Notes: generated by a model from the letters alone, not told the origin. 64,000 nt of DNA from Alphaproteobacteria bacterium (GCA_965221125.1 CBDCRW010000005.1:448001-512000), one strand, 5' to 3'. Positions 1-11,600 are shown, counted from the stretch's first letter. Made by a program: numbers and translations.

Positions 1-1
1 C

Positions 2-412
2 GACCAGCTGGTCTGGGAGAAGCTCATCTGCAACGTCTGCTACAGCGGCACGGCGACGCTCACGGGGCTCACCGTCGGCGAGATCATGGCGGATGCCGAC
101 GCCTGGTCCATCGCCTCCGGCTGCGCCGCCGAAGCCTACCGCGTCGCCCGCGCCAAGGGCATCCGCCTCGATTTCGAGGACCCCGTGGCCTACGTGCGGG
201 ACTTCGGCGCCAAGATCCCGGGCGCCCGCCCGTCCATGCTGCTCGACCACCTCGCCGGCCGCCGCTCGGAGATCGACGCGATCAACGGCGCGATCCCGCC
301 CGAGGCTCTGGCGCTCGGCCTGGAAGCGCCCTACAACACGCTCGTCTCGGCACTGGTCCGGGCCAGGGAGACGGCCTTCGAGGCGGCGCAACAGCAGCGG
401 GAGCAACAATGA
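2..412 (+). CDS. Ketopantoate reductase family protein (PanE/ApbA), 5'-truncated by the window edge
   Basis: Frame open from base 2: 'LVWEKLICN...RPSMLLDHLAGRRSEIDAINGAI...APYN' matches the ApbA C-terminal motifs (WxKL..N, SMLxD, EIDxING). Confidence 0.85.
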   Translation, partial: DQLVWEKLICNVCYSGTATLTGLTVGEIMADADAWSIASGCAAEAYRVARAKGIRLDFEDPVAYVRDFGAKIPGARPSMLLDHLAGRRSEIDAINGAIPPEALALGLEAPYNTLVSALVRARETAFEAAQQQREQQ

Positions 413-1095
413 CCGACTCCGATCTCAAGGAGCTGATCGAAGGCTACCGCCGGCTCTCCACCGCCAACGTCTCGGACGGCCTCGACCGGGCCGGGATCGC
501 CGGCGCGCCGCACGGCATCGGCCCGCTGTGGGACAGCTGCCGCAAGATCGTGGGCCCCGCCGCGACGCTGAAGCTGGTGCCGGTGGGCGAGGCGGACGAA
601 TCCCCCGTGCTCGGCACGCTGGAGGCGGTCAAGCGGGGCAATCCCGGCGACGTGCTGGTGATCGACCAGGGCGGGCGGATGGACGTGAACAGCTACGGCG
701 GCGTGGCCGGCTTCACGACGCGGCACTTCGGCCTCGTCGGCACCGTGATCGACGGCGTCACCCGCGACATCGACGAGTACAAGGAGCTCAACCTCCCGGT
801 CTACGGCCGGGGCTTCATTCAGCAGTCGATCCGCAACCGCTGCGCCTGCGCCGGCTACGGCATCCCCGTGGCGCTCGGCGGCGTGACGGTGGCCCCCGGC
901 GACATCATCGTCGCCGACGAGAACGGCGTCTGCGTCGTCCCCCGCGCCAGGGCGGCCGAGGTGCTGGGGCACGCCACCCTCTTCAAGAACATCGAGGAAG
1001 GCATCATCGAGGCGGTGCGCCAGGGCGTCGACCCGGTCGAGGCCCATGACCGGGTGCGCTACGACATGATGACCAGGGCAGGCGCCGGCGCATGA
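409..1095 (+). CDS. RraA family / HMG-CHA aldolase-like protein
   Basis: 'STANVSDGLD', 'GDVLVID', 'GTVIDGVTRDIDE', 'VAPGDIIVADENGVCVVP'; ATGA overlap with the upstream gene. Confidence 0.85.
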   Translation: MTDSDLKELIEGYRRLSTANVSDGLDRAGIAGAPHGIGPLWDSCRKIVGPAATLKLVPVGEADESPVLGTLEAVKRGNPGDVLVIDQGGRMDVNSYGGVAGFTTRHFGLVGTVIDGVTRDIDEYKELNLPVYGRGFIQQSIRNRCACAGYGIPVALGGVTVAPGDIIVADENGVCVVPRARAAEVLGHATLFKNIEEGIIEAVRQGVDPVEAHDRVRYDMMTRAGAGA

Positions 1096-2195
1096 GGGTC
1101 GACGGCCAGCCCTACCGCAGCATCTGGCTGGACGAGGACGGCCGCACGGTCGTCGTCATCGACCAGACGCGGCTCCCCCACAGCTTCGCGATCCGCAAGC
1201 TCCACACGGTCGAGGATGCGGCGGACGCCATCAGGATCATGGTGGTCCGCGGCGCCCCGCTGATCGGCGCCACTGCGGCTTACGGCCTGGCGCTGGCGCT
1301 GGCCCGCGACCCGAGCGATGCGAACCTGGAGAGCGCCATCGCGCTCCTCGCCGCGACCCGGCCGACGGCGGTCAACCTGCGCTGGGCGCTGGAGGATCTC
1401 GGCCACAGGCTCCGCCCCCTGGCCGCCGAGGATCGCGCCGCCGCCGCCTACAGCCGCGCCGGCGAGATCTGCGACGAGGACGTCGCCATCAACCGCGCCA
1501 TCGGGGAGAACGGGCTCGCCTTGATCGAGCAGGCGGCCAAGGGCAAGACGGGCCCGGTCAACGTGCTGACCCACTGCAACGCCGGCTGGCTTGCCGCGGT
1601 CGACTGGGGCACGGCGCTGGCACCCCTCTACATGGCCCACGACAAGGGCATCCCGATCCATGTCTGGGTCGACGAAACCAGGCCGCGCAACCAGGGCGCC
1701 GCGCTCACCGCGTGGGAGCTTGCCCGCCACGGCGTGCCGCATACCGTGATCGTGGACAACGCGGGCGGCCACCTGATGCAGCGCGGCATGGTCGACCTCT
1801 GCATCACCGGCACCGACCGCACGACCGCCCACGGCGACGTCTGCAACAAGATCGGCACGTACTTGAAGGCGCTCGCCGCCAGCGACAACGACATCCCGTT
1901 CTACGTGGCCCTCCCCCATCCCACCATCGACTGGTCATTGGCCGACGGGGCGGAGACCCCCATCGAGCAGCGGGACGAGGACGAGGTGCTGACCATCACC
2001 GGCCGCGACGAGGCCGGGCAGGAGACCAAGGTGGCGCTCACGCCCGCCGGCAGCCGTGCCGCCAACTACGCCTTCGACGTGACGCCGGCGCGGCTCGTCA
2101 CCGCGCTCATCACCGACCGCGGCGTGTGCGAAGCCTCCGAAGAAGGGCTGCAGACCCTGTTTGCCGACCGCGCCGCCGAGGCGCCCTCGTCATAA
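1092..2195 (+). CDS. mtnA: S-methyl-5-thioribose-1-phosphate isomerase
   Basis: 'IDQTRLP', 'MVVRGAPLIG', 'TRPTAVNL', 'LTHCNAG', 'VDETRPRNQGA', 'NKIGTY', 'NYAFDVTP'. Confidence 0.95.
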   Translation: MRVDGQPYRSIWLDEDGRTVVVIDQTRLPHSFAIRKLHTVEDAADAIRIMVVRGAPLIGATAAYGLALALARDPSDANLESAIALLAATRPTAVNLRWALEDLGHRLRPLAAEDRAAAAYSRAGEICDEDVAINRAIGENGLALIEQAAKGKTGPVNVLTHCNAGWLAAVDWGTALAPLYMAHDKGIPIHVWVDETRPRNQGAALTAWELARHGVPHTVIVDNAGGHLMQRGMVDLCITGTDRTTAHGDVCNKIGTYLKALAASDNDIPFYVALPHPTIDWSLADGAETPIEQRDEDEVLTITGRDEAGQETKVALTPAGSRAANYAFDVTPARLVTALITDRGVCEASEEGLQTLFADRAAEAPSS

Positions 2196-3128
2196 CGCCA
2201 CAGGCTGCGCCGGCGAGAGCTCGCCGAGGCGCGCCTCGATCTCGGCTGCCGACGGCATCGCCGGCGCCGCCCCCTCGACCAGACAGGCGAGGCCGCCGAT
2301 GACGCTCGCCCGCCGCAGCATCGCGGGCAGCGGCGCCCCCTCCGCAAGCCCGAGGGCCAGGCCCGCGACGAAGGCGTCGCCTGCGCCGACCGTGTCCACG
2401 GGCTCGATCGCGAGCGCGCCGCAGCGCCAGGCCTCACCGGCTGCGAAGGCGGCGGCGCCGGCGCTGCCCAGGCTCACCACCGTGGTCACGCCGAAGCGGG
2501 CGGCGATGGCGCGGCCGGCCTCCTCGCCCGATACCGCGCCCAGCCCCTGCGCGCCGGCCAGCATCCCGGCCTCGATCTCGTTCAGCACGATGAGATCGAA
2601 CGAGGGCAGCACCTCGGCCGGCGCCGGCTTGGCAGGCGCCAGGTTGAGCACGACGCGCGCACCCCGCGCCTTGGCCCGGCGCGCGACCGCCCAGTTGGAC
2701 TCGAGCGGCACCTCCATCTGCAGCAGGAGCACCGTCTCCGGCCCGAGCCAGTCGTCGGGCAGCGCCTCCGGCGCCAGGTCCGTGTTGGCGCCGCTCGCCA
2801 CGGTGATCTGGTTCTCGCCCGCGCGGTCCACGATCACCGCGGCGCAGCCGGTGGGGAGCGCGCTCTCCGTGACCGCTTCGGTGCCCACGCCCGCGTCCTT
2901 CAGGGCCTGCAACGCGAGCGGGGCGAAGCCGTCGGGGCCGACACGGCCCACCATCTGCACCGATGAGGCCGGGTCCGTGTTGGCCCGGGCTGCGGCGACC
3001 GCCTGATTGAGGCCCTTGCCGCCGGCGACCGCCTGATGGCCGGGGCAGAGCACGGTCTCGCCCGCGCGCGGCAGGGCATCCACGCTGAATACGAGATCGG
3101 CGTTCATCGAGCCGAAGACGACGATCAT
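2190..3128 (-). CDS. rbsK: Ribokinase (PfkB family)
   Basis: 'VVFGSMNADL', 'GGKGLNQAVAAAR', 'LNEIEA', 'DTVGAGDAF'; ATG at 3128 with GGAGG upstream. The longer ORF merely reads through the repeat element. Confidence 0.9.
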   Translation of the reverse strand: MIVVFGSMNADLVFSVDALPRAGETVLCPGHQAVAGGKGLNQAVAAARANTDPASSVQMVGRVGPDGFAPLALQALKDAGVGTEAVTESALPTGCAAVIVDRAGENQITVASGANTDLAPEALPDDWLGPETVLLLQMEVPLESNWAVARRAKARGARVVLNLAPAKPAPAEVLPSFDLIVLNEIEAGMLAGAQGLGAVSGEEAGRAIAARFGVTTVVSLGSAGAAAFAAGEAWRCGALAIEPVDTVGAGDAFVAGLALGLAEGAPLPAMLRRASVIGGLACLVEGAAPAMPSAAEIEARLGELSPAQPVAL

Positions 3129-3142
3129 CGCAGCCTCCACCT

Positions 3143-3289
3143 GGAGCGCGTCCGACTTTGTCGGAAGCGCGACAGGCCGCGACAGCGGCCCGCCGCGTAT
3201 GCGGCGCGCTCGCGCAGGCGTTGGCCGTAGGCCAACTGCCGTGAGCGATAAAGGCATAGAGCGTTTCCGTGCAAAACGGAAACGCTCTA
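3143..3289 (-). repeat. Multi-hairpin interspersed repeat, copy 1 (147 bp)
   Basis: Terminal hairpin TAGAGCGTTTCCGT-gcaaa-ACGGAAACGCTCTA plus internal stems; similar to 11766-11912, 23850-24027, 50408-50555; contains the purH TAG stop. Confidence 0.92.
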
Positions 3290-4876
3290 GTGCCGGAAGT
3301 GACGGATGCCGGTGAAGACCATGGCGAGGCCCTGCTCGTCGGCCGCGGCGATGACCTCCGCGTCCCGCTTCGACCCGCCCGGCTGGATCACTGCGGTGGC
3401 CCCGGCCGCGGCGGCGGCCAGGAGCCCGTCGGCGAAGGGAAAGAACGCGTCGGACGCCACCACGCAGCCCTCCGCGCGCGAGCGTTCCTCCCCGGCGGCG
3501 GCGGACGCGTCGGCGGCCTTCTGCGCCGCGATCCTGGACGAGTCGACCCGGCTCATCTGGCCCGCGCCGATGCCGACCGTGGCGCCGTCCTTCGCGTAGA
3601 CGATGGCGTTTGACTTCACGTGCTTGGCCACGGTGAAGGCGAACAGGAGGTCCGCGCGCTCCTGCTCCGTCGGCGGGCGCCTGGTCACGGTCTCGAGCGC
3701 GTCCGCCGTCACCCTTGCCGCGTCCTGCGTCTGCACCAGGAATCCGTCCTCCAGCGTGCGGACCACGAGCCGTTCCGTGCCCGCGTCACCGATCGCGCCG
3801 GTGAGCAGGAGACGCAGGTCGCCCTTCGCGGCGAGCGCGGCGCGGGCCTCCTCGTCCGCCTCGGGCGCCACCACGACCTCGGTGAAGAGACCCGCGATGG
3901 CCCGCGCGGTGGCACCGTCGAGCGGGCGGTTGGCCGCGACCACGCCGCCGAAGGCGCTTACCGGATCGCAGGCCCGTGCCTTCTCGTAAGCCCCGGCGAG
4001 GGTGCCGCCCAGGCCCACGCCGCAGGGATTGCCGTGCTTGATGATGGCGATGGCGGGCGGGCCGAACTCGCGCACCAGCCCGTGGGCCGCATCGGCGTCC
4101 GCCAGGTTGTTGTAGCTCGGCTCCTTGCCCTGGATCAGCGCGGCCTGCGCCACGCCGGGGGCCGCCGTGGGATCGACGTAGAGAGCCGCGACCTGATGCG
4201 GGTTCTCCCCGTAGCGCAGGACCTGGCGGCGGGCGCCACCGAAGGCGAAGCGGGCAGGCAGGCGGCTCTCGCCCCCGTCGGCACCGAGACGGCGGGCGAT
4301 GGCGGCGTCGTAGGCGGCGGTGCGCGCGAACGCCGTCGCCGCGAGCCGGCGGCGGAGCGCGAGGCTGGTGGCGCCGCCCAGCGCCTCCATGTCGTCGATC
4401 ACGACCTGGTAGTCGCAAGGCTGCACCACCACGGTCACGTCCTCGTGGTTCTTGGCCGCGGCCCGGATCATGGCGGGCCCGCCGATGTCGATGGTCTCGA
4501 TGCAGGTGTCGAGCGCGGCACCCTCCCGCACCGCCTCCTCGAAGGGGTAGAGGTTGACCGCGACCAGGTCGATCCCGGCGATTCCGTGTTCTTCCATCGC
4601 CGCGCGGTGGTCGGCGTCGTCTCTCCGGCCGAGAATCCCGCCGTGGATCGCCGGATGCAGGGTCTTCACCCGGCCGTCCATGATCTCGGGGAAGCCCGTG
4701 TGGTCGGAGACATCGGTGACCGCGACGCCGGCATCGCGGAGCGCCCGCGCGGTGCCGCCGGTCGACAGGATCGCGACGCCCCGCCGTGCCAGCGCCGATG
4801 CGAACGCCGCGAGACCTGTCTTGTCCGACACCGAGATGAGCGCGCGTGCAATGGGCCGGCCTTGGCTGTCGGGCAT
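3287..4876 (-). CDS. purH: Bifunctional AICAR transformylase/IMP cyclohydrolase
   Basis: '[10 protein letters not shown]', 'GRVKTLHP', 'IDIGGP', 'LRYGENPHQ', 'KHVKSNAIV', 'ASDAFFPF', ends 'RHFRH'. Confidence 0.97.
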   Translation of the reverse strand: MPDSQGRPIARALISVSDKTGLAAFASALARRGVAILSTGGTARALRDAGVAVTDVSDHTGFPEIMDGRVKTLHPAIHGGILGRRDDADHRAAMEEHGIAGIDLVAVNLYPFEEAVREGAALDTCIETIDIGGPAMIRAAAKNHEDVTVVVQPCDYQVVIDDMEALGGATSLALRRRLAATAFARTAAYDAAIARRLGADGGESRLPARFAFGGARRQVLRYGENPHQVAALYVDPTAAPGVAQAALIQGKEPSYNNLADADAAHGLVREFGPPAIAIIKHGNPCGVGLGGTLAGAYEKARACDPVSAFGGVVAANRPLDGATARAIAGLFTEVVVAPEADEEARAALAAKGDLRLLLTGAIGDAGTERLVVRTLEDGFLVQTQDAARVTADALETVTRRPPTEQERADLLFAFTVAKHVKSNAIVYAKDGATVGIGAGQMSRVDSSRIAAQKAADASAAAGEERSRAEGCVVASDAFFPFADGLLAAAAAGATAVIQPGGSKRDAEVIAAADEQGLAMVFTGIRHFRH

Positions 4877-4901
4877 CGGGCTACTCCGTGGTCCGGCGCC
4901 G

Positions 4902-6851
4902 TCAGCGCCCAAGCGCCATTCCGGTGTCCGCCGGGGCGGCGGAAAGAGCCGCGTCGCTCGGCTGGTATTCCGGCACCATCGCCGCCAGCAGCGCCAGCGC
5001 GTCCTCCGTGCGCCGGTCCTGCGCGGCGGTCGCGAGCTGCTCGAGCCGGCGGCGCATGAGCGCGAAGTCGGCGGTGCGCGACCGCGCCCTCAGGATACCC
5101 GGCGTCTCGGTCGCGATCATCGGCTCGGCCGGGTGGAACAGGCTCTCGTCCTTCTTCTCGCCGGGGCGCAGTCCGGTGAACACGATCTCGATGTCCTCGC
5201 CGGGCCTGCGCCCGGCGAGGCGGATCATCTGCCGTGCGAGATCGACGATCTTGATGGGCTTGCCCATGTCGAGCACGTAGATGCCGCCGCCCTCTTCCCC
5301 TGCACCGAGCGCCGAGGCCTGAAGCACGAGCTGCACCGCCTCCCGCGTCGTCATGAAATGGCGCGCGACGTCGGGGTCACTCACGGTCACCGGCCCGCCG
5401 TCGGCGATCTGGCGCTGGAAGAGCGGCACCACCGAGCCCGAGGAGCCGATCACGTTGCCGAAACGCACCGTCACCAGCCGCAGTCCGCCCGCCGCCGGCG
5501 AGTCCGCGAGCGCCTGGCAGTAGCTCTCCGCAATGCGCTTGGTCGCCCCCATGACGCTCGCCGGGTTGACCGCCTTGTCGGTCGAGACCAGGATCATGGT
5601 CCGCGTGCCGGCCGCGACGCAGGCATCGGCGACGTTGCGTGTGCCCACGGCATTGGTGAGCACGCCCTCGTTGGGGTTGGTCTCGACCATGTGCACGTGC
5701 TTGAGCGCCGCCGCATGGAATACCAGCTCCGGCTCCGCGCGGGCGAAGGTCGAGGCGAGGCCGCCGGGGTCGCGCACGTCGCCGAGCACCACGCTCCGCG
5801 AAAGGCCCGGATGCGCCCCCTGCAGCTCCTGATCGATCCGGTAGAGGTTGTACTCGCCGTTGTCGATGAGGGTGAGGTGCGCCGGGCCGTCGTCGGCGAT
5901 CTGCCGTGCAAGCTCGGCCCCGATGGTGCCGCCCGCGCCGGTGATGCACACCCGCCGGCCGTTGACCAGGGCACGCATGGCCGCACGGTCGGGCGCTGCC
6001 TGCGGGCGGCCGAGCAGGTCTTCGAGGCGGATCGGCCGCACGTCGATGTCGGGTTCGTCACCGGGGCGGAAATCGGTCAGCGCCGGCAGGCGGGAGAGCG
6101 GCAGCCCGACCGCCTCGCAGTCCGCGAGCAAGGCGCGCAGGCGGTCCGGATCCGGGCTGGATTCCGTGAGCACCGCGCGCTGCGGCCCCGCCCCGCGGGC
6201 GCGGAGCCCGCGCACGATCTCCGGCAGCTCGGCCGTCGTCCCGAGAATCCGGATGCCGTGGATGTGACGCTTCGCCTGGCGCGCGTCGTCGTCGACGATG
6301 CCGACGACGCGGTAGTTCGACGACGAGCCCCGCGTTGCGGCGCTGATGAAGAGCTCGGCATTGTCGCCGACGCCTAACAGCAGCACCGGCACGCGCTGCG
6401 CGGCGCTGCCGCCCCGCCGCAGCACGCCGGCAAGACTGCCGTCCAGCACCGCCCGGTAGATGACGCGTGGCCCGACCAGGAGCGCGATCAGGATGAACCA
6501 GTTGATGAGGAAGGCCGAGCGGGGATAGCCCTCCAGCCGCGTCAGCGCGAAGAGGATCGGCACGAAGATCAGCACCGCAAGGCTCACGGCCTGCACGACC
6601 CCCACGACGTCGCGCAGCGCCGTGTAGCGCCAGACCCCGCGGTAGATGCGCATGCGCCAGAAGACGAGCGCCGAGACCGCCGCGAAGAGCAGCATCCCCT
6701 CGACGATGAAGCCGCTCGAGAGCTCCCAGAACGAGCCGAACCCGTAGCGGAGAAGCAGCGCAAGCGCGAACGACGCGCCCGCCATGGCGACGTCGTGGGC
6801 CGCCACCAGATGCGTGCGGCGGACGATCAAGCCTCTCCCGATGCGCCGCAT
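4902..6851 (-). CDS. Membrane-bound nucleoside-diphosphate sugar 4,6-dehydratase (CapD/PglF/WbpM family)
   Basis: N-terminal TM segments, 'ITGAGGTIG', 'HAAALKHV', 'STDKAVNP', 'MGATKR', 'VRFGNV', 'GLRPGEK'. Confidence 0.92.
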   Translation of the reverse strand: MRRIGRGLIVRRTHLVAAHDVAMAGASFALALLLRYGFGSFWELSSGFIVEGMLLFAAVSALVFWRMRIYRGVWRYTALRDVVGVVQAVSLAVLIFVPILFALTRLEGYPRSAFLINWFILIALLVGPRVIYRAVLDGSLAGVLRRGGSAAQRVPVLLLGVGDNAELFISAATRGSSSNYRVVGIVDDDARQAKRHIHGIRILGTTAELPEIVRGLRARGAGPQRAVLTESSPDPDRLRALLADCEAVGLPLSRLPALTDFRPGDEPDIDVRPIRLEDLLGRPQAAPDRAAMRALVNGRRVCITGAGGTIGAELARQIADDGPAHLTLIDNGEYNLYRIDQELQGAHPGLSRSVVLGDVRDPGGLASTFARAEPELVFHAAALKHVHMVETNPNEGVLTNAVGTRNVADACVAAGTRTMILVSTDKAVNPASVMGATKRIAESYCQALADSPAAGGLRLVTVRFGNVIGSSGSVVPLFQRQIADGGPVTVSDPDVARHFMTTREAVQLVLQASALGAGEEGGGIYVLDMGKPIKIVDLARQMIRLAGRRPGEDIEIVFTGLRPGEKKDESLFHPAEPMIATETPGILRARSRTADFALMRRRLEQLATAAQDRRTEDALALLAAMVPEYQPSDAALSAAPADTGMALGR

Positions 6852-6852
6852 G

Positions 6853-7899
6853 TCAACCCTGTTCCGACGCGCCGCATGATGCCCGAGCGGCAGCGTGAAG
6901 ATACCACAGGAGCGCGGCGACGAGCACCGCGCCTGCCGCGAGCGCCGCACCCGCCGCGACGGGGCCCTGCTGCGCGGCGAGCGCCAGCCCCACCAGCAGC
7001 AGATTGTGGCCGGCGATCAGCGCGGCCGTGCGGCCGTGGCTCCAGCCCGCCGCGACGACGCGCTGATAGAAGTGCTCGCGGTGCGCCTGCCATATCCGGC
7101 GGCCGCGCAGGAGCCGGCGAAACAGCGTGAACGTCGCATCCGCGAGATAGTAGGCCGGCAGCAGCAGCGCCGCCTGCCACGCGCCCGCTGCGGCGAGCGC
7201 GAGCAGGAGCCACCCCGCCAGGTAGCCGAGCGGAACGCTGCCGACGTCGCCGAGAAAGATCCTGGCGGGATTCCAATTCCAGAGGAGAAATCCGAGCGAG
7301 ACCCCGGCGAGAGTCAGCCCGAGCGGCCCGAGCCCCGCCGGCACCATGCCGAGCAGGGCCAGCAAGAAGGCGCCGAGACCCAAGCTCGCGCCCTCGACGC
7401 CGCTGATCCCGTCGATCCCGTCCATGAAGTTGAAGAGGTTCACGAACCAGAGCCACGCGGCAGCGGCCAGCGCGTGATCCACGAGGGCTGGAACCGCGCC
7501 CTGGAAGAGGAGGCCCTCGCCGGGGAGAGACGCGATTCCGGCGCCGACCGCGGCGATCTGGGCCAGGAAGCGCAGCAGGGCCGAGAGGCCGCCCCGCACA
7601 TCGTCGAGCCAGGACACCGCGGCGAGCCCCAGCCCGCCCGCGAGAGCGACCCAGAAGAGCGACCCGCAGTCTTCGCAGGCATCCCACAGCCACAGCGCGA
7701 GCCAGGCCGTGAGCAGGACGCCCACGACAGCGATGCCGCCGCCGCGGGGCACCGCGCGGATGTGGCTCGAGCGCTCGTTGGGGCGGTCCATGACGCCGTG
7801 GCGCTGCAGCGCGGCCCGCACGAGGCCAGTCAGCGCCGCCGCACCCGCGAAGCTCGCCCCGCCGGCGGCGAGAGAGGCCGCGAGGCTCACCGCGCCCAA
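6853..7899 (-). CDS. Glycosyltransferase family 4 (WecA/WbpL-like polyprenyl-phosphate sugar-1-P transferase)
   Basis: 'DRPNERSSH..VPRGGG', 'WLDD', 'NLFNFMDGIDG', 'IFLGDVGS', 'AHREHFYQ'; multiple TM segments. Confidence 0.92.
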   Translation of the reverse strand: MGAVSLAASLAAGGASFAGAAALTGLVRAALQRHGVMDRPNERSSHIRAVPRGGGIAVVGVLLTAWLALWLWDACEDCGSLFWVALAGGLGLAAVSWLDDVRGGLSALLRFLAQIAAVGAGIASLPGEGLLFQGAVPALVDHALAAAAWLWFVNLFNFMDGIDGISGVEGASLGLGAFLLALLGMVPAGLGPLGLTLAGVSLGFLLWNWNPARIFLGDVGSVPLGYLAGWLLLALAAAGAWQAALLLPAYYLADATFTLFRRLLRGRRIWQAHREHFYQRVVAAGWSHGRTAALIAGHNLLLVGLALAAQQGPVAAGAALAAGAVLVAALLWYLHAAARASCGASEQG

Positions 7900-8230
7900 T
7901 GGGATGCTGCTTGCGGGGGCTCCCTGCCATCACTCATGCCATATGCCCCTGCGTTCCGCCGCATGGCGCTCCAATTGCACCCTGTGTTGCGCGGCGCTCC
8001 ACGCTCCCGCTCTGGCACCCGAGTTCCTTTCGCCCATAGCGGAATTCAGCGTAATTTCCGACGATTGTGAACGTCGAAGGATCATGTCCGATCCGCCATG
8101 GCGTGCAAACGCGATCGAGCGTGGCGGTCGTGCGTGCGATATGACATACTGACACCGAAATTGAGGAGGCTGTCCGGTACGACCCGTAGAATGCTCGCAT
8201 CGAGAACGTGCCAGTGAGAATCACCAACTG

Positions 8231-8479
8231 ATGTATTCGCGGATCGACCCTCTTGTTCTGACCTTCGAGGTCGGGGTCGACGACTATCTCGCGACACTTG
8301 CCGCGAAGCATGCTGGACTCGAACGGGCCATTCAGGAAGAAGCCGGAAGACCGGCACCTGACGGACTATCTCTTACCGATCTGAAGCGTCGCAAACTCAA
8401 GGTAAAGGACGAAATAGCAAGACTGCGAACGGAGGCGGCGAGCGCGAACCGTCGTTCAGGCGTTCAAAGTCGGCGTTGA
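8231..8479 (+). CDS. Small coiled-coil protein, DUF465/YdcH family
   Basis: 'LAAKHAGLERAIQEEAGRPAPD...LKRRKLKVKDEIARL' is the DUF465 pattern; start codon uncertain. Confidence 0.75.
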   Translation: MYSRIDPLVLTFEVGVDDYLATLAAKHAGLERAIQEEAGRPAPDGLSLTDLKRRKLKVKDEIARLRTEAASANRRSGVQSRR

Positions 8480-8639
8480 CCGCCCGGTCGGCGGCCCGCG
8501 CTGAGCGAGCATCCCCATGCCGGAATGGAGAGCATTTCCGGAAGGGGGATGCTGTCGCCTCGATTGACAGGGAGTGGTCGCGCCTCCAGTGTCGGCAACC
8601 GTTCGCCGCTGTTGCGCTGACGAAACGACGAACGCGTGT

Positions 8640-11600
8640 ATGGTGCAGAGACCTATTCGGGGTAGCAATCGCCAGCCTGGCCGCTGGATCGGCCGGATTG
8701 CGGCGCTCGCGCTGATCGCCCTGTTTGCGGCCAGCTTGCCCGCGCCGGTGCAGACCGCCCTCGCGGCGACGGCGGTCGAGGCCGAGACGGAGCTGGAGAC
8801 CCTGCGCTTCGGTCGCGGCGACAGCCTCTCACTCCTGCTGAGCAGGGCCGGCGTGCGCGCCGTGGACGCCGACAGGATCAGCAAGGCCATCCAGAAGAGG
8901 ACGAACCTGCGGCGCATCGGCATAGGCCGCGAGGTGCGGCTGCTGTTCCGCGCCGACGGCGAGGGCCGGCGCATCCCGGTCGCGGTCAGCGTCGAGACCG
9001 GGAAGGACCGCTACGTCGAGGCGACGCGCGGTGCGAAGGGTCGTTACGCGGCGCACCGCACGGGCGTCCCCCTCACCCGGCCGGTGCCGCTCAGCGAGGT
9101 GGTGCTCGGCCAGGACGGCCTGAAGGTGAAGGTGCGGCGCAACGATACGCTGGGCGGCATTCTCGGCCGCCACGGCGTCGACGGTCCCACGGTCGATGCC
9201 GTCGCACGGGCGCTGCGCGGCAGTTTCGACCCGCGCGACCTCATGCCGGGCCACGCCGTCACGATCGTCGCCGGGCGCGACGCCGGCGGCGCACCCGTTC
9301 TCAACGCCATCGCGCTCCACCTCGACGACGACAAGGCCGTGGCCGTCGTTCGGGGCGAGTCCGGGCGCTTCGCCGCACAGCGCACCACCAGCACGGCGCT
9401 CCGCACCGTGGCGCTCGCGCCCGCCTCCAAGCCGACGTCGGGAGACACCGTAACGCCACCCCGAAAACCGGAGGCCAAGGTTGCCGAGGCCGCCCCTGCC
9501 GACGCCGACCAGCCTCCCGCCGCGGTTGCCACGGCCGCCCCTGCGGACGCCGATCAGCCTCCCGCCGCCGACGAGGCCTACGAAGGCCCGGAGCACCCGG
9601 TAGAGCCCGCGTTGGTGGAGCTTCGCCGCACCTTGCGCACGGGCAGCACCCTGATGGACCTGCTCCTCGGCGCCGACGTGCGGAGACCGGAGGCGGATGC
9701 CCTGGTGCAGAGCCTGCGCCGCGTGTTCAACCCGCGCCGGCTCCCCGCCGGGATCACCGTGCGCGTCATGAAACGGCCGGTGCCGGGTTTCGAGCCGCGC
9801 ATCGTCTGGCTCGACATCGAGCTGCCGAAGGGGCGGCGCATCCTCGTGGAGCGGGGGGAAAAAGGGCGTTTTTCCAGCCGCATCACGAACCAGCCGCCGC
9901 CGCAGCCGCCGGCTCAGCCGCGCGCGGTGGCCGACGCAGCCGCGGCGGACCCCGCCGTCGACGATCCCGCAGCGAGCGCCGAGCCGGTTGCGGCGGAGGC
10001 TCTGCCGCCGTCGGCCACACGCGTCACGGTGCGCTCGGGCGATACCCTGATGGCCATCCTGAGACGCCACGGGATCGACCGCGTGGAGGCGGATCGCGCC
10101 ATTCAGGCGGCCCGCAGCCTGTTCAACCTGAGGCGGCTCAGGATCGGACAGGAAGTCACGCTGGTGACCGGCACCGACGAGACGGGCGCGGACACCCTCA
10201 AGGCGATCGCGTTGCACATCGGCGACGACCGCTACGTCAAGGTTTCGCGCGCTGCCGACAACCACTTCGAAGCCGAGCAGGTGGACCGGCTCGCGTTCGT
10301 GGCGGCCCCGCTCGAGCGGAATGCTGCGGCGAGCACCACGCCGGATGTCGTGAAGCGCCCCGACCGGACCGCCGCCGCGGACCGCGGGCACGTGATGAGC
10401 GCCGCCTTCGTCGCCGCTGCTGCACCGTTCACGGCAGTTCTCCCGGGGCTCGAGCCCCAGGGCGCGGCGGACCCCCACAACGGAGCCGTCAACGGCGTCG
10501 CCACAAGCACCGTCAACGGCGCTTCCATCGGCACTCTCGACGGCATCGCCGGCGCTGCCCTCGAACCCGACGACGGCCTTGTGCGCAAGACCGTGGTCAT
10601 CGGCAGGGGGGACACCCTGTCGGTGGCGTTGACGCGGGCGGGCGGCACGCGCGCGGAGTCGGAGGCGGCAATCGTCGCCTTCCGCAAGGTCCACAATCCA
10701 CGCCGCCTGCGGGTCGGCCAGACGCTCTCCCTCGCGTTCGATCCGGCCGACGAGTCCAACGGCGCTGCGCGTCTGGCCTCGCTCGCCCTCGACGTGGCGG
10801 CGGATCGCGATGTCGTCGTGACGCGCGGCGATGACGGCATTTTCGTGCCGAGCGTGGTCGACCGGCCGCTCGAGCGCATCCTGCGACGGACGGTCGGCAT
10901 GATCGATTCCAATCTCTACGACGCCGCGATCGCCGCGGGCATGCCGAACCAGGTCCTCATGGAGATGGTGCACATCTTCAGCTTCGACGTGGACTTCCAG
11001 CGCGAAATTCAGCACGGCGACCGCTTCGAGGTCCTCTACGAAGCGGTGTTCAACAAGGCCGGCGAGTTCGTGGAGAACGGCCCGATCCTCTACGCCCACC
11101 TCGAGGTCGGCGGGCGCGACGTCGAGCTGTTCCGCTTCCAGCCCGACGAGGGGCCGGCGGACTATCTCGACGCAAAGGGCGCGAGCGTACGCAAGGCCCT
11201 CATGCGCACGCCGATCAACGGCGCCCGGCTCTCATCGGGCTACGGCATGCGCAGGCATCCGATCCTGGGCTACAACAAGAAGCACCTGGGCGTCGATTTC
11301 GCAGCGCCAACGGGCACGCCCATCTACGCCGGGGGCGACGGGACGATCACCATGATCGGCCGTCATGGCAATTACGGAAAATACATCCGCATCCGGCACA
11401 ACGGCACGTACAGCACCGGCTATGCCCACCTCAGCGGCTATGCGAAGGGCATGAAGAAGGGCAAGCGGGTGCGCCAGGGGCAAGTCATCGGCTATGTAGG
11501 CTCCACCGGGATGTCGACCGGGCCGCACCTCCACTACGAGGTGATGCAGGGCAACAAGCGAATCAACCCGATGACGCTCAAGCTCCCCTCCGGCCGCAAG

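Noticed and set aside
3143-3289. Repeat element as a tRNA, known riboswitch or autonomous IS
   Set aside because: No D/T-loop consensus or CCA, it sits 3' of genes, and no transposase ORF is in the window; an Rfam search is still needed
8161-8192. Sigma70 promoter TTGAGG...TAGAAT for the DUF465 gene
   Set aside because: The spacer is 20 bp, too long
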